Shown in pieces: positions 24,101-36,226 of a stretch of 64,000 nt of DNA; within the stretch, counting starts at the first letter, position 1; each line of letters begins with the position of its first letter. A model generated the notes under the pieces. That model saw nothing but the letters and a program-made list of their open reading frames with translations. It ran no database searches and had not been told where the DNA came from. Source of the DNA: Schmidtea polychroa (lineage: Eukaryota); assembly GCA_044892525.1 (NCBI GenBank), contig CM097885.1, positions 200,260,001-200,324,000 on the forward strand, in the 5' to 3' direction. The translations under genes were made by a program, and so were the position numbers.

Positions 24101-27100
24101 TTTTATAATTTAATTTTTGGGGGTAAGATAACACGGAAGTACCGAAACTTACCCATATGCCGCAGTGATAAAAAAATAACAATTTATGATACGTTAATTA
24201 TTTCAATAAAGGTTTGGGAATGTGTTACGGCAGAAATGATCATAAATTGCTGTCAATATGAATTTAACAATTCAAAGATTGCGAATTAAAAACAAGAAAA
24301 TGATGATAAACCGGATGAAGATTTTTTTACAGGGATTTGATGCAAATTTGGATATTGACATGCAGGAAGATGAAGATAAATAAAAAAAAGATAATTCAAT
24401 CACTTCTTGTAGATGTGTTGTTATCGATGAATTGAGTTTATCTGAATGGGGAGAAATTTCTAACTGTAGTGAACAAATGATAACCTCTACAAAAGCTTAT
24501 CATCATCTTGAGAGGTCGAAAGTCTTTTTTTCTGAAAAATATACCTGATAAATTCAATAAAATTCAAATATTGAAAGATGAAATAATTAATGAAAGGAAA
24601 AGATGGAAGCCAAAGTGTATTCATTTCCTTTATGGTGGACGTCGTACAATAAAACAAATGTTGATGTAATAGTTTGACAACTTTTACTGTATTACTAATT
24701 TAGAAAACAATTACACAATTGTCTTTTATATTGAGGTAGAATATTATAAAATATTGGATGGCAAAAAGTTATGAACGTTAGGTGTATTGTTGGTAACAGC
24801 ATTCTTACTTGGGAATTATGAATGTATATCCAAGGGCGCGATGATTTAAGGACCCTTTATCTCTATTGGAACAAGAAGATTATTTTATCAAATATATTTT
24901 TAATTAAAACATATTCCCATGGAATTCCGTCGATGTCGGAACAGATGATTTAGAGCCTCATAAAGTCTGGATCTTTGAAAATTGATAAAAACATTAAAAA
25001 TTTATAATCATATTTAACCCCTTAACGCGCACTGACGTATATATACGTTTGCGCAAAACCCTACAAAATGTGCAGTGACGTGATAGTTTTGAATAGTTTT
25101 AGTTTATTATTTTTCAGCTAATAAATATTATTATTTTATTGTTACATTATATTGTTATTTATTGAAATTGGTCCAAATATATATTTTCTTATTTTGTTTT
25201 TTTTGGTCGTTTTTTTTAAAATTGTGCGTTAAGGGGTTAATTGTAATTTCAATTTGTTTTCAAGGTGAAAATATAAAAACAAAAATTTCAAACATGTAAG
25301 AACATGTTTTCAAATGATTTTCTATGTAAACAGTTATGGTAAATAAATTCAAATCCTATTTATTCAAGTGTTTATAAATAAATAGATAAATAAATAAATA
25401 CAGAGTGCAGAGTGGATTCAAGGACAACCTGGTGAATAACACAAATGATAACAGACTCATGTCGCGCTGTGATTAATATGAGGCTGACCCATTGCAAATA
25501 CGGACAAAAGCACGCAAGTAATAAAGGGGATAAGGACAATCCAAACAGTTTTAATTACTGTCACGATTATTATTGCTTGAAATCTTTCCCCATAATTTAC
25601 CTACATTTTAAACACTGTATTTATGTGAGGAAAACTACATTTTAATCCTTATTTACGTGTTCCACTTTATGGTAAATAGATTATCAACATTTTCATTATT
25701 TCCAGAGCATTGATGTAGATTATATAAAGCAATCTCTAAATCACTTTTAAAAATGAATCAACAGTTTTTAAATTAAATTTTTTTAAATTAAAAAAAATCA
25801 TTTTTATAAATGAAACCTCAGAATTAAGATAAGATTTTTCATATTATTATCGAAAACGGTATTATTTCTAGATATGTTTCAATAATTAGAATAAATTATC
25901 ATCAAAATATTTTAGATCTAGATTTATTAGATCCTTTCCTTTCTTATGTCGGGCTGTGCTCGACATTACTTCTTTCTCTTGCAACTGAGATTATGACCTA
26001 TCAGTGGCGTAACTTTAAATTCTGGGCCCACTGCAAGATTTTCAAAATGGGCCCCCATACAGCCAATGACAATCTGATAGATAATAATTTTATGTTTTTT
26101 GTGAGGTGTTTTCAGCTGAGAATTGAATATTTCAATGATTTATTAAGATAATTTTAAATGATAAATAATGGACTATTAAAATAAGTTTTAAAATAATTTT
26201 TAAATTAAAAGAGATTTTGTTAAAAATAAAATTAAAATAAATAAGTTTTTTAAAAAGAAGTTTTATTAGTAATTAATTTTTAAATAAATACATTTTAAAT
26301 ATCGAAAAATTTTAATAAATTGTTTTGAAAATATTTTATTCAAGGCTGAAAATTTGTTTGAAAATTATAAAATATTTCATTAAATAAATACTTGGAATTA
26401 TGACGTTATCTTTTGAACCGGATTTAAAAAATAATTGAGATATTCTAGCAGGTTTTAATATGGCAACCACTTCCATGAATTTCTTCATAAAGCAGCTATT
26501 TCCGAATGATTTCCATAGAGATGATACTGAGACATTCATTAAAGAATGTGATAAATATTTTAAAGTTGTTCAAATGCCTATTTCAAGACAAGAAGTGATG
26601 GTCGAATTACTGATCAACATACAGATCAGAGACACATATACACGAGTTGACCCAAATATCAGATGCTATAAGGAAAGATTACGGAAGGCATTCGTCAAGA
26701 AAACAATGCTGGCAAAGGATTTACAATCAGCAATGTCCTATAGACAGACGAGTGAGGAGCCCGAAAAATATTTTACTATCATAGACGAGTTAGTTGATAA
26801 AATGTTGGGACATAAGTTAAACAAGGAAAGTTTAAAAGAATATCTGCTGGCACACTGTGCAGCCAAGAAAACTTTGAAACGAGAATTGTGTCTAAGTAAC
26901 ACCAAAGGAACAACGGAAGTGAAGAATAAGATCAACAAGCTACATGAATCTCGTATAGTTGCAGAAGAGATCTATGCAGTGAGAGAAGGAAAGTCAGAAC
27001 AAAATATAACAAGAAGTTACAGATAGCGGTTACAAAACAAGTAAGAAATATTGTGTCACCAAAATATAATAAAGAATCGAAAAGAAAAACCAAGCAGAAC

Positions 27101-30100
27101 TAAGAGCGAATGTTGGACATGTCACAAGAAGAACATTTGAGTAGAGATTGCATAACTTGCACAATGTACACTTGGAAGACAAGGACATGTAAGAAGTCAG
27201 TGTCCACAGATGCAGAGAAAGGAAGTCGAGTGTTATGCATGTGGTACCCTGTGACACGCGAGAAGACATTGTCAAAAAATAAGGTGTATAGGAGTAACTT
27301 GGGAGGTCATATAGATGCAGATTGTAACACAAATTTGGAGATAATGAGATATTGGAGAATCAATGACAATAAGAGCGATACGAAGCAGGGAATGGTTATA
27401 AAGGAACGAGGAAGAAGACAAGCAGACAAAAGATACTTAGCATTCATAGACGAACCAAGTGATTAAGTATTTTTCTAAAAAGGACGTTTACGTTGGTTGG
27501 TATTACTATTCTTTTTTATGTTGAGGGCCCCAAAAAATATTTACACGGAGAAGGCCGGCCCTGCTAATTGATTTATAACTAATTAGCTACATTTGAAATT
27601 CACACATGAAAAGGCCGTCATTTTGACAGGTTATGTATAGTTTTAATATAAATGCATATATATTTCAAGTTTTTATAAATTTAATTTTTGTTTACTTATT
27701 TTAATAAATCTCCCAAATGTTTTCAAAACAATAATTAATTATAAAACCCTTCCATTTCCTAGGCAAGTCCATGCAATAACGCATTCGTCCAATTATTTTT
27801 TAATATGCCTCTATTATGAATATATGTTTTCATATTTTAATTATTTAAAAAAAATTATATTTCTTATGTATTATATGTATACTTTATTATAATTATGGTT
27901 TCATAATCATATATATGCTATCAAGTTAAATTTAGATTTTACCTGAAATTTAATATTTGTTTCTCTATTATCAGGTCATTTTAGCAGTCAGGTAAAATTA
28001 ATTTTGAATTAAAAATTTTAAAAAAAAAACTCAGAAGGTATGTTGAGTAGTTTTTTTAATATTTATTTTATTATAATTTTTAAGTCTTAATTTAAATTAA
28101 AAATATAATTAATTTAATTTTTAGTACGCATATCTAAAAATATATTATTAATTTATTAAAAAACAATTAGAATAGGGTGATTTGCAACTTCTAACCAAAT
28201 ACAGTGGTACCTCGGTTAACGAGCTTAATTCGTTCCGAAAACGTTCTTGTAATCCGAAGCACAACAAAAATATATTCAAATAAATAAATAAAAAGAATAT
28301 ATATATAGGTACATAAAAATAATACATACAATTAATTTGAGTTTGAAACACTGGAACTATCAGGGGACATTTGCTTCTGCCTTTTCTTTATAATTTCCCG
28401 AAAATGTGACATTACATTGTCATCAACAGGTTGACTGCTCACACTGGTACAGGCTTATTTGGGTGGTGTTTTTTCACAACATTTCGGACTGTTTCCACCA
28501 TGTCCTTAATCTAATTTGAAGTGAGTGATCTTCCTCACGCGAGATCTCATCCACAAATATTTGCTGATGCTCGCGATACAGATCCATTAGCTCGTCAGTG
28601 GTCAGCTCCTGGCCATGTTCCTCCACCAGCTCTTCAATGTTGTCCTCATTCACTTCCAGTCCCAAGGAGACAATTTCATCGAGAACTGACAGTTCCTCTT
28701 AGTGAGTTAAGCCCTCACAGGTATCTCCTAGAATGCAGTCAGGCCACAGTTTTCTCCAAGCAGAATTGAGCGTTCTATTGGTGACCCCATTTCAAGCTTT
28801 ATCGATGATTTTGAGACACTTCACGATGTGGAAATGATTTTTCCAGAATTCTCGGAGGGTAAGATTTGTTCCTTCAGTTACCTCAAAGCATCGCTGAAAT
28901 AATTCTTTGGTGTAAAGCTTTTTAAAGTTCGAAATGACTTGCTGAACCATGGCCTGAAGTATTGGAGTGGTATTGGGAGGAATTAACTTCACTTTAATGA
29001 ACTCGAATTCCTCCATTAAGTCATCTTCAAGACTTGGAGAATGAGCAGGGACATTGTCCATAATTAGCAAAACTTTGAGTGGCAGATTATTTTCTAAATG
29101 GTATTTTTTCACTGTAGGACTGGAGACCTCATTGATTCACTCAACGAACCAGATACGAGTGACACAAGCTTTGCTGTTGGACCTTCACACAACGTTTAAC
29201 TGACTCGTCTGTACCTTGCATTTCTTGAAGACTAGTGGATTCTCGGAATGATACACCAGCAAGGTCTTAATTTTAAAATCCCTGGTTGCATTAGCACAAA
29301 CCAAGAGGGTTAGACGGTCTTTCATGGGCTTGTAACCAGGCATTGCATTCTCTTCTATAATAATGTAAGTCCTCTTTGGCATCTTTTCCCAAAAAACCCT
29401 GTCTCGTCACAGTTAAAAACTTGCCGTTGTAGGTAACCCTCGGAAATCATGAGTTTTGGAAATTCGGTGGCGAACACCTCAGCTGCCTTAACGTTCGAAC
29501 TCACAGATTCTCCGTATCACATAACACTATGGATACACTTCTCTTTTAAAAGCTGTCAAACCAGCCTCTGTTCGCTTTGAAGCCTTCCTCGTATCTTATC
29601 AACGTATCTGGAAACTTTACTACATCTTTTAGAACACGTGGCCGTTGCTTTGATAGTCGCGTGACTCCTTTTTTTTCCAAATTTCACCACTGATTTCATT
29701 TCCATTGTATTTATCAAAAAGCTTGAAGACTATGAATCAGTAAATATATCGATGTTTTTGATGTATTTACTGATTCAGNNNNNNNNNNNNNNNNNNNNNN
29801 NNNNNNNNNNNNNNNNNNNNNNNNNNNNNNNNNNNNNNNNNNNNNNNNNNNNNNNNNNNNNNNNNNNNNNNNNNNNNNNNNNNNNNNNNNNNNNNNNNNN
29901 NNNNNNNNNNNTTCTAATTTTGTTTCAAAATATTTGATATACCCAGAACGGTAATTATATTTGCATTATTTCTGGACTCAGCGACCAGAACTCCACAAAA
30001 CTATAACTTTACACTTTTTCTAATGACACCTGTCTCTCGGATATTTGGCTTAAATTTTTTTAATCAAATTATTTGTTTAAATGAAATTAATTAATTTTAA

Positions 30101-33100
30101 TATTTATTTTAAATTTTAAATTGATTTTTATAATTATTATTATTTATTGGTTGAATGTCAATCTGAAACTTACACTGTAGTCAGAGGGTTTTTAAGTCTC
30201 GATATAAAACCCTAAAAGTAAATTTACCTTAAAAATCCTAAAAATTAATTTTCAATGAAAATATCTAAATATTTTCCCTTGAATAAAATGCCTAAAAATA
30301 ATTTCTCGCTCAAAAGGCATAAAAGTTTTTTTCTTCAATGAAAATATCTAATTATTTTTCTTCGAATAAGACCTAAAAATTAATTTTTAATGAAAATAAT
30401 ATTTCTCACCAAAAAAAGTATTTTTAATGAAAAATTTCAGGTAATTTTTAAAAAACTCGAAAATATTTTTCACGAAAGATCAAAGTAATTTTTCTGGACC
30501 AGTAAGCTTTAGTAATAGTAATGAATTTTATAAATTCATTATAGTTTCACAAATTTTTGTACATAATTTTCGTACCAATATTATTTTTAGAGATAAGTAG
30601 TCTCAGGATTTTTAGGTTGAATAAGCTTGTATAGACTGATTAAAAATGATGTGTTAAATTTAAATTTAAGTTAAATAAAGTATTTAAAAATAGGGTGATA
30701 ATTTGAAATAAGTAGATTTTTAGGAAGAGCTATTGACTGAGAAATTAGGGTTATAATAATTAAAAAAGTAAATTAATCAAACATATTTTGAAAAAACAAT
30801 TTTTGAAAACAAAGTAATTTAAGTAAATAAAAGTAAATTAAAATTTTTTAAATAAGTAAAGTAAAATAATAATTTAAAAAGTAATATCTTTTGAAGAGTC
30901 AATGTCGCCTGAAAAAGTAAATAAGTAATAATTTTTAAATAAGTAAGATAATAATTTTAAAAAGTAATGTAACATATTTTGAAAAAATATTGTCTTATGA
31001 GAAATTAAAAAATAATTAAGGTAATGACATTTTTAGTGCAGAATTGTAAATAATAATATTGATAATCAATAATCAATAATAATAATAATTATTATTATAA
31101 TAAGTTCAACATACATGGCAATAAATAGTTAAACATACATGGCAATGATTTAATTATAAGATAACGCCAATCAAACATTTTTTTCACGATTAATTTCGAC
31201 AGTTTTCCTGTCATCATCAGGTGGGATATAATACTCATTAAATAAAGGATTTTAAACAAATTTAATTATATATAAAAATTTTTTATTTTATAAAAATATT
31301 ATTTTTTAAAAACTTTAACATTTAAAATTTAATTTAATAATTTTAAAATTTAAAATTTTTTTATCAATTATTTAATTTAACACAACAATCAATACATACA
31401 ATACACAAAAGCTTATTTAAAAACACTCAACACACAAGTATTTACAGCATTCTGCACATTAATTTTCGGATTCAATGATTTTATCAACAACGCCTCACAA
31501 ATCACACGTTCCCAATAATTATCGAAGTTTTTTAATAAAATTTTAAAATCAGACATACCTATTTTAATCTTACAGCCCTTATTGTGCTCACCAATATGGG
31601 TCAAAGACTTCGGTCTACAATGTTCTCGAGCTCGAATACAGAGATGACGGGAAGTCTCTCCAATGTATGTGGCATTACACCCATTACATGTAAACTGATA
31701 AACGAGATCGGAACACAATTCAACCGGAGTCTTTGACTTATTAATAAACATATTGCGTACTTTCCATGAAGTTGACACTATCCTATAGTTTAAATTCCCT
31801 AACTGTTTTCTTATCTTCACTTTATAATCCTTAAAACCTGAGGCGACAGTTTTCCTGTTATTCATATAATCCGATCGATGAAAGATATTAATACTAATCA
31901 TGTGAAGAGTATATTGAGTTCGAGTACGATGGAGTATATAGATAAAAATAAAAAGCAGAATATTAAAGATTTTTCTGTATTAAAAAAATTAGCTAACACA
32001 TCAATATATGCAAGTTTGACAAAGGAAATGGATTGGTAATTCTTGACCATGATGTATATGTGAATAAGCTTAATGATGTTTTGAATGCTCTTCAGTTCGT
32101 GAAAGTAGAGATTTTTCGGAAGAATGGAATATCGTCTCCTCTTAAGGATGAAAATTCGTTAAAAGATAGAATAAATTAATTAAAAATAATCAAATTGAAA
32201 AAATTTATTTTAAAATATTCGCCATATGGGGTTACAAGCACCATAAATGTATGGGCTCCCAAAACCCATAAAGATTGTGTGCCTACGAGACCTGTTTTAT
32301 TTATGGTTTATACTGACCACTATAAAATAGCCAAATTTTTGGATGATTTATTAAAACCATTAATACGATCAGAGTTTGAATGTAAAGATAGTTTTGAATT
32401 TGTTTCCTGTGTAGCACAATATGATAGACAAAGTGTGGATGAACTTATGGTTTCGCTTGATGTTTGTAGTCGGTTTTCTAATAAATTAAAACTCCGGTTG
32501 GATTATGTTCTGATCTCGTTTATCAATTTTCATGTAATGGGTGTAATGCCACATACATTGGAAAAACTTCCCATCATCTCTGTATTCAAGAAGAATATAG
32601 ACAGAAGGCATTGACCGACATTACTGAGCACAATAAAGGTTGTAAGAGAAAAATAAGTATGTAGGATTTTAAAATTTTACTAAAAAATTTCAATAATTAT
32701 TGGGAACGTGTAATTTGTGGAGCGTTATTGATAGTTATTATTTTTTCTAATTGCTACAATTTAAATTGATTTATTATTTAGATTATAATTTTTAAAGAAT
32801 AAAATATTTTTATTAAACATTTGATATAATTAATAAATTTTTTCAAAAATCTATAATTTCTATAGTTAGATGATGACAGGAGAACTGTCGAAATATATCG
32901 AAAAACGAATGTTTTAGTGGTAATTTCAATTGAAAAGAAATCAGTAGGGAAAATCGAAAGAAGTTCTTATAATAATAATAAATCGACCAACTAGATACTT
33001 TCACATTTTTTTGTTTTTGATTAATCATGAGTCAGATGAATTCACATGGCGGGTAACATTTATATAACTATTTTTGTAATAAAAAATAAATATTTTTAAT

Positions 33101-34868
33101 GTTTTTTTGAATAAGGTCCATCATGAAAACCTAGATCTATTTTTCTAGGTTTTTTATTCTGTAGCTGCGAGATATATATTATTTTGACGTTATGATGAAT
33201 TATTTGGTGAAAATTAGCATTTTAAAATTATTTTCACCAGTTCAATCTTAGGTCTCCTTATAGTTCTGAGCCTTGTTGTACCTGATAGTAATATTAACCT
33301 ATGTTGACTTGTAGTAGATTTCAAATGAATATAAACATAAAACGGAACAAGCAATAAAAATTAACCAAAAAATCAGCTACCTCGACTTTAATAAATGATT
33401 GTTCAAAAGCCTCTTTCATTACGTCTATCAACACCAATAGTGCTTTTGTTTGTGGTTCGGATGTTTCTTTACAAGACACTTCCAATGATTCTTGAGATGA
33501 TGATTTGTCTAGTAAACTTGAGCGCTGAGAAAAAGTCGAATTGAAATCAGCTTGTTTTCGTTTCAATCTATTTATTTTTATTAACTCGTTTTTAGCTTTT
33601 CGTTCTTTGTCATCAAGAACAGCTATATAGATTTATATATCAGCCAATAAAAAAATGAGCGAAAACTAACAATCAACATCCATTCCCGCATTGAGACACA
33701 ATTGCCAACGACATTCTTGACATTTGGTGCGATTGTCAGAATTTATCGGACAATTTCTATTCAATTTACACACATATTTCAATTTTTTTTGAACCGATCG
33801 ACGAAAAAAACCCTAGAATTACATAACATTAAATTCATAATTTTCTACATAACAAATACCCTAATTAATTTTACATTATGAACCATAAATGACCTAGAAA
33901 TATTCCAGATGACCTGACAATGAATTGAAATAACCAATCAAATCACGATTTACATTCACAATATAAATAATCGTATTTTCATTGGTGGTTAAAGGTCATT
34001 TAGGATTATGTATTGTAAAATAAAATTCTCAAATTAACCTCAATCAGCTGATTCGAAAATTAATAGTAACATTTATGCAATTTACAATAAATAAATATTA
34101 TTTGCTTTAAATAAGGAGTACATACTTTACATCCTTCGCATGCCATTACTTTGTAATGCAAACCAGATGCTTTGTAACCACATACTTTACAAAAAAAAGG
34201 ACCAGTAGTTGGATCCATATAACTTGGAACAAAAGGACTTCCTTAAATTGTAAAATTAATTTAAAAAAAAACTAAATATATTTTAAAAGAAACATACTAG
34301 TTAAGGGTTTACCATTTTTTCCACGACCAAACGGAGCATCCGGATCTGGAGAAGACTTAATCAATCGATTATCATTATTGCTGCATTTATTGTCACTTTC
34401 CTTTTCAGGTTCTATAGCATTTTCCAATAAATGTCTCTGTAAAAGTCTTTTCTTCGGATTTAATTTCACAGCCTCACTTGGTGAAAGAGATGTATATTTA
34501 GCAATAATAGTGTTTTGTGAAAAAACAGAAGTCGATGGTAAATCTGTCATTTCTATTGATGGAATATGAGAAGTTATTGTTAACTTGTTATCGCTTGTAT
34601 TAATTGAAGAATTACTACAAATTCCATCTGAAGAACTGATGGGACATTTCGGCTCCGATTTTAATTTGAAGCAAAAATTTGAAATATTTTCAACAAAATT
34701 AAAAGTTTCTTTACAACTGGAATTGTTATTTATATTGTCTGGGGTTTCCGATGAACTTTTCTGTAATAATTTGCACAGAATTGTCTGAGGTAATTGAGGT
34801 ACAATGGCATTCCTGGATTGAATTGTGGCAAATGGTACTATTGATGAAAGAGAATTTTTTGACTCCAT
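11506..34868 (-). CDS. THR: Thyroid hormone receptor-like nuclear receptor (NR1A), 7 coding exons, 591 aa
   Basis: Exons 34868-34298, 34241-34126, 33812-33671, 33622-33381, 14082-13981, 12156-11907, 11858-11506. All introns are GT-AG, phases are consistent, total 1776 nt. TR signatures: PFVPSYMDPTTGPFFCKVCG, P-box CEGCKG, FFRRS...CQECRWQLCLNAGM, hinge VLDDKERKAKNELIKINR, LBD NRVANFARMIPG. Confidence 0.9.
12450..12488 (-). ncRNA. Degenerate Penelope-type minimal hammerhead ribozyme motif
   Basis: cctacCTGATGAtgataggaaaactgtcAAAAtatatc; GAAA mutated; a hAT element is inserted next to it. Confidence 0.45.
12489..13264. mobile_element. hAT (Charlie-like) non-autonomous element
   Basis: TIRs cagggctgtccaac / gtttggacaggtctg; perfect 8-bp TSD aggtagga (12481-12488, 13265-13272). 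Confidence 0.92.
13981..14082 (-). CDS. THR: THR-like gene exon 5 (LBD helix 3)
   Basis: ttacag|EIQQIPSSIQSQMLTREYTNRVANFARMIPGIKE|gtaagc; 102 nt, phase 0/0. Confidence 0.85.
14296..15079 (+). mobile_element. Gypsy solo LTR (copy 2)
   Basis: TGT...ACA ends, 4-bp TSD aatt, TATA box tatataaaagg, AATAAA; similar to 6350-7362. Confidence 0.7.
15965..18139 (-). mobile_element. Full-length pogo-like (Tc1/mariner superfamily) DNA transposon
   Basis: TIRs CCGTATTTCCCC / GGGGAAATACGG flanked by TA; subterminal gtcttatttt repeats. Confidence 0.93.
16084..17380 (-). pseudogene. pogo-family DDD transposase with one frameshift near 16275
   Basis: HTH/CENP-B N-terminus; MDET, IWDSASTH, LQTLDIAIN; the C-terminus continues in ORF 16084..16323. 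Confidence 0.9.
22728..22999 (+). mobile_element. piggyBac deletion derivative retaining the C-terminal Cys-rich domain
   Basis: TTAA TSDs; TIRs ccctttcgccaac / gttgctaaaggg; MCQKCDAALCINQCFENFH. Confidence 0.85.
24130..24600 (+). pseudogene. Degraded pogo/Tigger transposase C-terminal relic
   Basis: ITIYDTLIISIKVWECVTAEMIINCC resembles the pogo W..V...TI.NC motif. Confidence 0.4.
25018..25236. mobile_element. piggyBac-type MITE
   Basis: TTAA TSDs (25014-25017, 25237-25240); TIRs ccccttaacgc / gcgttaagggg. Confidence 0.9.
26460..27466 (+). pseudogene. Gypsy gag fragment (capsid-like region plus degenerate zinc knuckles)
   Basis: FPNDFHRDDTETFIKECDKYF...; CWTCHKKEHLSRDC and further broken CCHC motifs; flanked by hAT-end fragments. 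Confidence 0.7.
28202..29700 (-). mobile_element. Tigger1-like (pogo) transposon relic, one end present
   Basis: TA + TIR CAGTGGTACCTCGGTT; fragments FNCDETGLFWEKMPKRTYI, KDRLTLLVCANA, LLIMDNVPAH, PPNTTPILQAM. Confidence 0.88.
29779..29910. other. Assembly gap (132 N)
   Basis: Run of N bases. Confidence 1.
31185..31223 (-). ncRNA. Minimal type I hammerhead ribozyme of a Penelope-like element
   Basis: CAC-CTGATGA-T-GACAG-gaaaa-CTGTC-GAAA-TTAA-TC^GTG: helix I CAC/GTG, helix II 5 bp, palindromic helix III ATTAAT, AUC cleavage triplet; lies 3' of a GIY-YIG ORF. Confidence 0.75.
31413..31901 (-). CDS. Penelope-like retroelement GIY-YIG endonuclease (5'-truncated copy)
   Basis: LVYQFTCNGCNATYIGETSRHLCIRAREH...EALLIKSLNPKIN. 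Confidence 0.9.
   Translation of the reverse strand: MISINIFHRSDYMNNRKTVASGFKDYKVKIRKQLGNLNYRIVSTSWKVRNMFINKSKTPVELCSDLVYQFTCNGCNATYIGETSRHLCIRAREHCRPKSLTHIGEHNKGCKIKIGMSDFKILLKNFDNYWERVICEALLIKSLNPKINVQNAVNTCVLSVFK
31950..32905 (+). mobile_element. Second, inverted and internally deleted Penelope copy (RT fragment, GIY-YIG fragment, degenerate hammerhead at 32867-32902)
   Basis: KFDKGNGLVILD, RPVL...YKIAKFLDDLLKP...KDSFEF...MVSLDV, then YQFSCNGCNATYIGKTS; nucleotide similarity to the reverse strand of 31413-31700. Confidence 0.85.
33381..34868 (-). CDS. THR: THR-like gene exons 1-4 (A/B domain, DBD, hinge, helix 1)
   Basis: Two C4 zinc fingers split at the conserved CEGCK|GFFRR intron; two short introns (56 and 48 bp). 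Confidence 0.92.
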
Positions 34869-36021
34869 TCTGTTATCTCAAATCATAAAATCGGTTTGAA
34901 TGACACTGAATTTGGAATTTGCAGATAAATTTCCGATGTACAATAAATAAATTCAGGTGAGAATCTTAAAGTGTAAATCAACCTACGGTTAACCTCAGAA
35001 TCAACCAATCATTAAACATTAACTCAATCAGTATAAAAGTAGATCGAAACGAAAAATTAATGTCGCCTGTATTACATAATTTAGTGGTAGGCAGACGATG
35101 AGTCACCCGGGTAAAGTTTGTATGTATCAAGGCCAAATGTTGTGTATGCGCTTTTATGTTTTCATCAATGTAATTCGATTATTCATTACATACCGAGTCA
35201 ACGCAACATTCTTCATTGTTTCGTACTGCGAATACTTCAATTGAAATTCGCTAGAATTAGTAACTTTTGTGGAGAACTGTTCAATGACGGCAGCAAAGTA
35301 ATGATATCTTATTTATTTTTCGATTTGCCAATTAAATAATGAGTTTTAGAAATGATAACAAGATTTTGTGCATTAATTATGTGTATCAACAAAATTCCAA
35401 TCACTGATTTCGCACATTTAATGCGAATTTATCATAGACAAATTTATGCTTTGTCATTATACGAACAAGGCGGATTAATTAGCGTATATTAAATCAAAAA
35501 TATTCATGGACTTTTGGAATAATATGAATTCAGATATAATCATGAATGGGAAATTGTTATTTATAGCAACAAGTATTTTATAGCTCACTTTTCTTATTGG
35601 ATTTTTAGATTTATATTTTATTGCTCTTTATATTTTATTATATGCTTTAATTTGGTAAAAACAGAAATGGTGATGAATTATCCTAACTCTAAATCTGCTT
35701 TGACAAGTTATTAATATTACATTAATATTACGTAATGCGCTTGGCACGAAGTAATATTATCATGACTAGATCTTTACGATAGAATAAATTTTGAAAGAAT
35801 AGTTTAAATATTACTTTGAAAATTTAATTTTTTCAAAAACTCCAAATCTCACATAATAAGGTTTTGAATACCAAGAAAAAGTCTTATTTTGTAATATAAA
35901 AAATGTTTGGGCAGGTATAAATTGGACTGAAATATTTTTTAATTATTAATAACTAGTAAAACATTTAACTTGTTAACTATTGAAAAATAATCTAAATATT
36001 CTCGTGTATATTTAAAACTTA

Positions 36022-36226
36022 CCGTATTAGCCCGAATATAACGCGACAATTTTAAACATTTTAATTTTATTAAATTTTTGTTTAAATTAATTGTCATGAA
36101 TATAACCTATGTATTACTTTTAATTACCTAACCAAACGCTTATCTGATTGAATTTCCATTAATTTTAATTTTTTTATGAATATTTTTTTCTAAATTCGAG
36201 GTCGCATTATATTCGGACTAATACGG
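36022..36226. mobile_element. Tc1/pogo-type MITE
   Basis: 26-bp TIRs ccgtattag(c/t)ccgaatataa(c/t)gcgac (24/26); TA TSDs. Confidence 0.9.
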
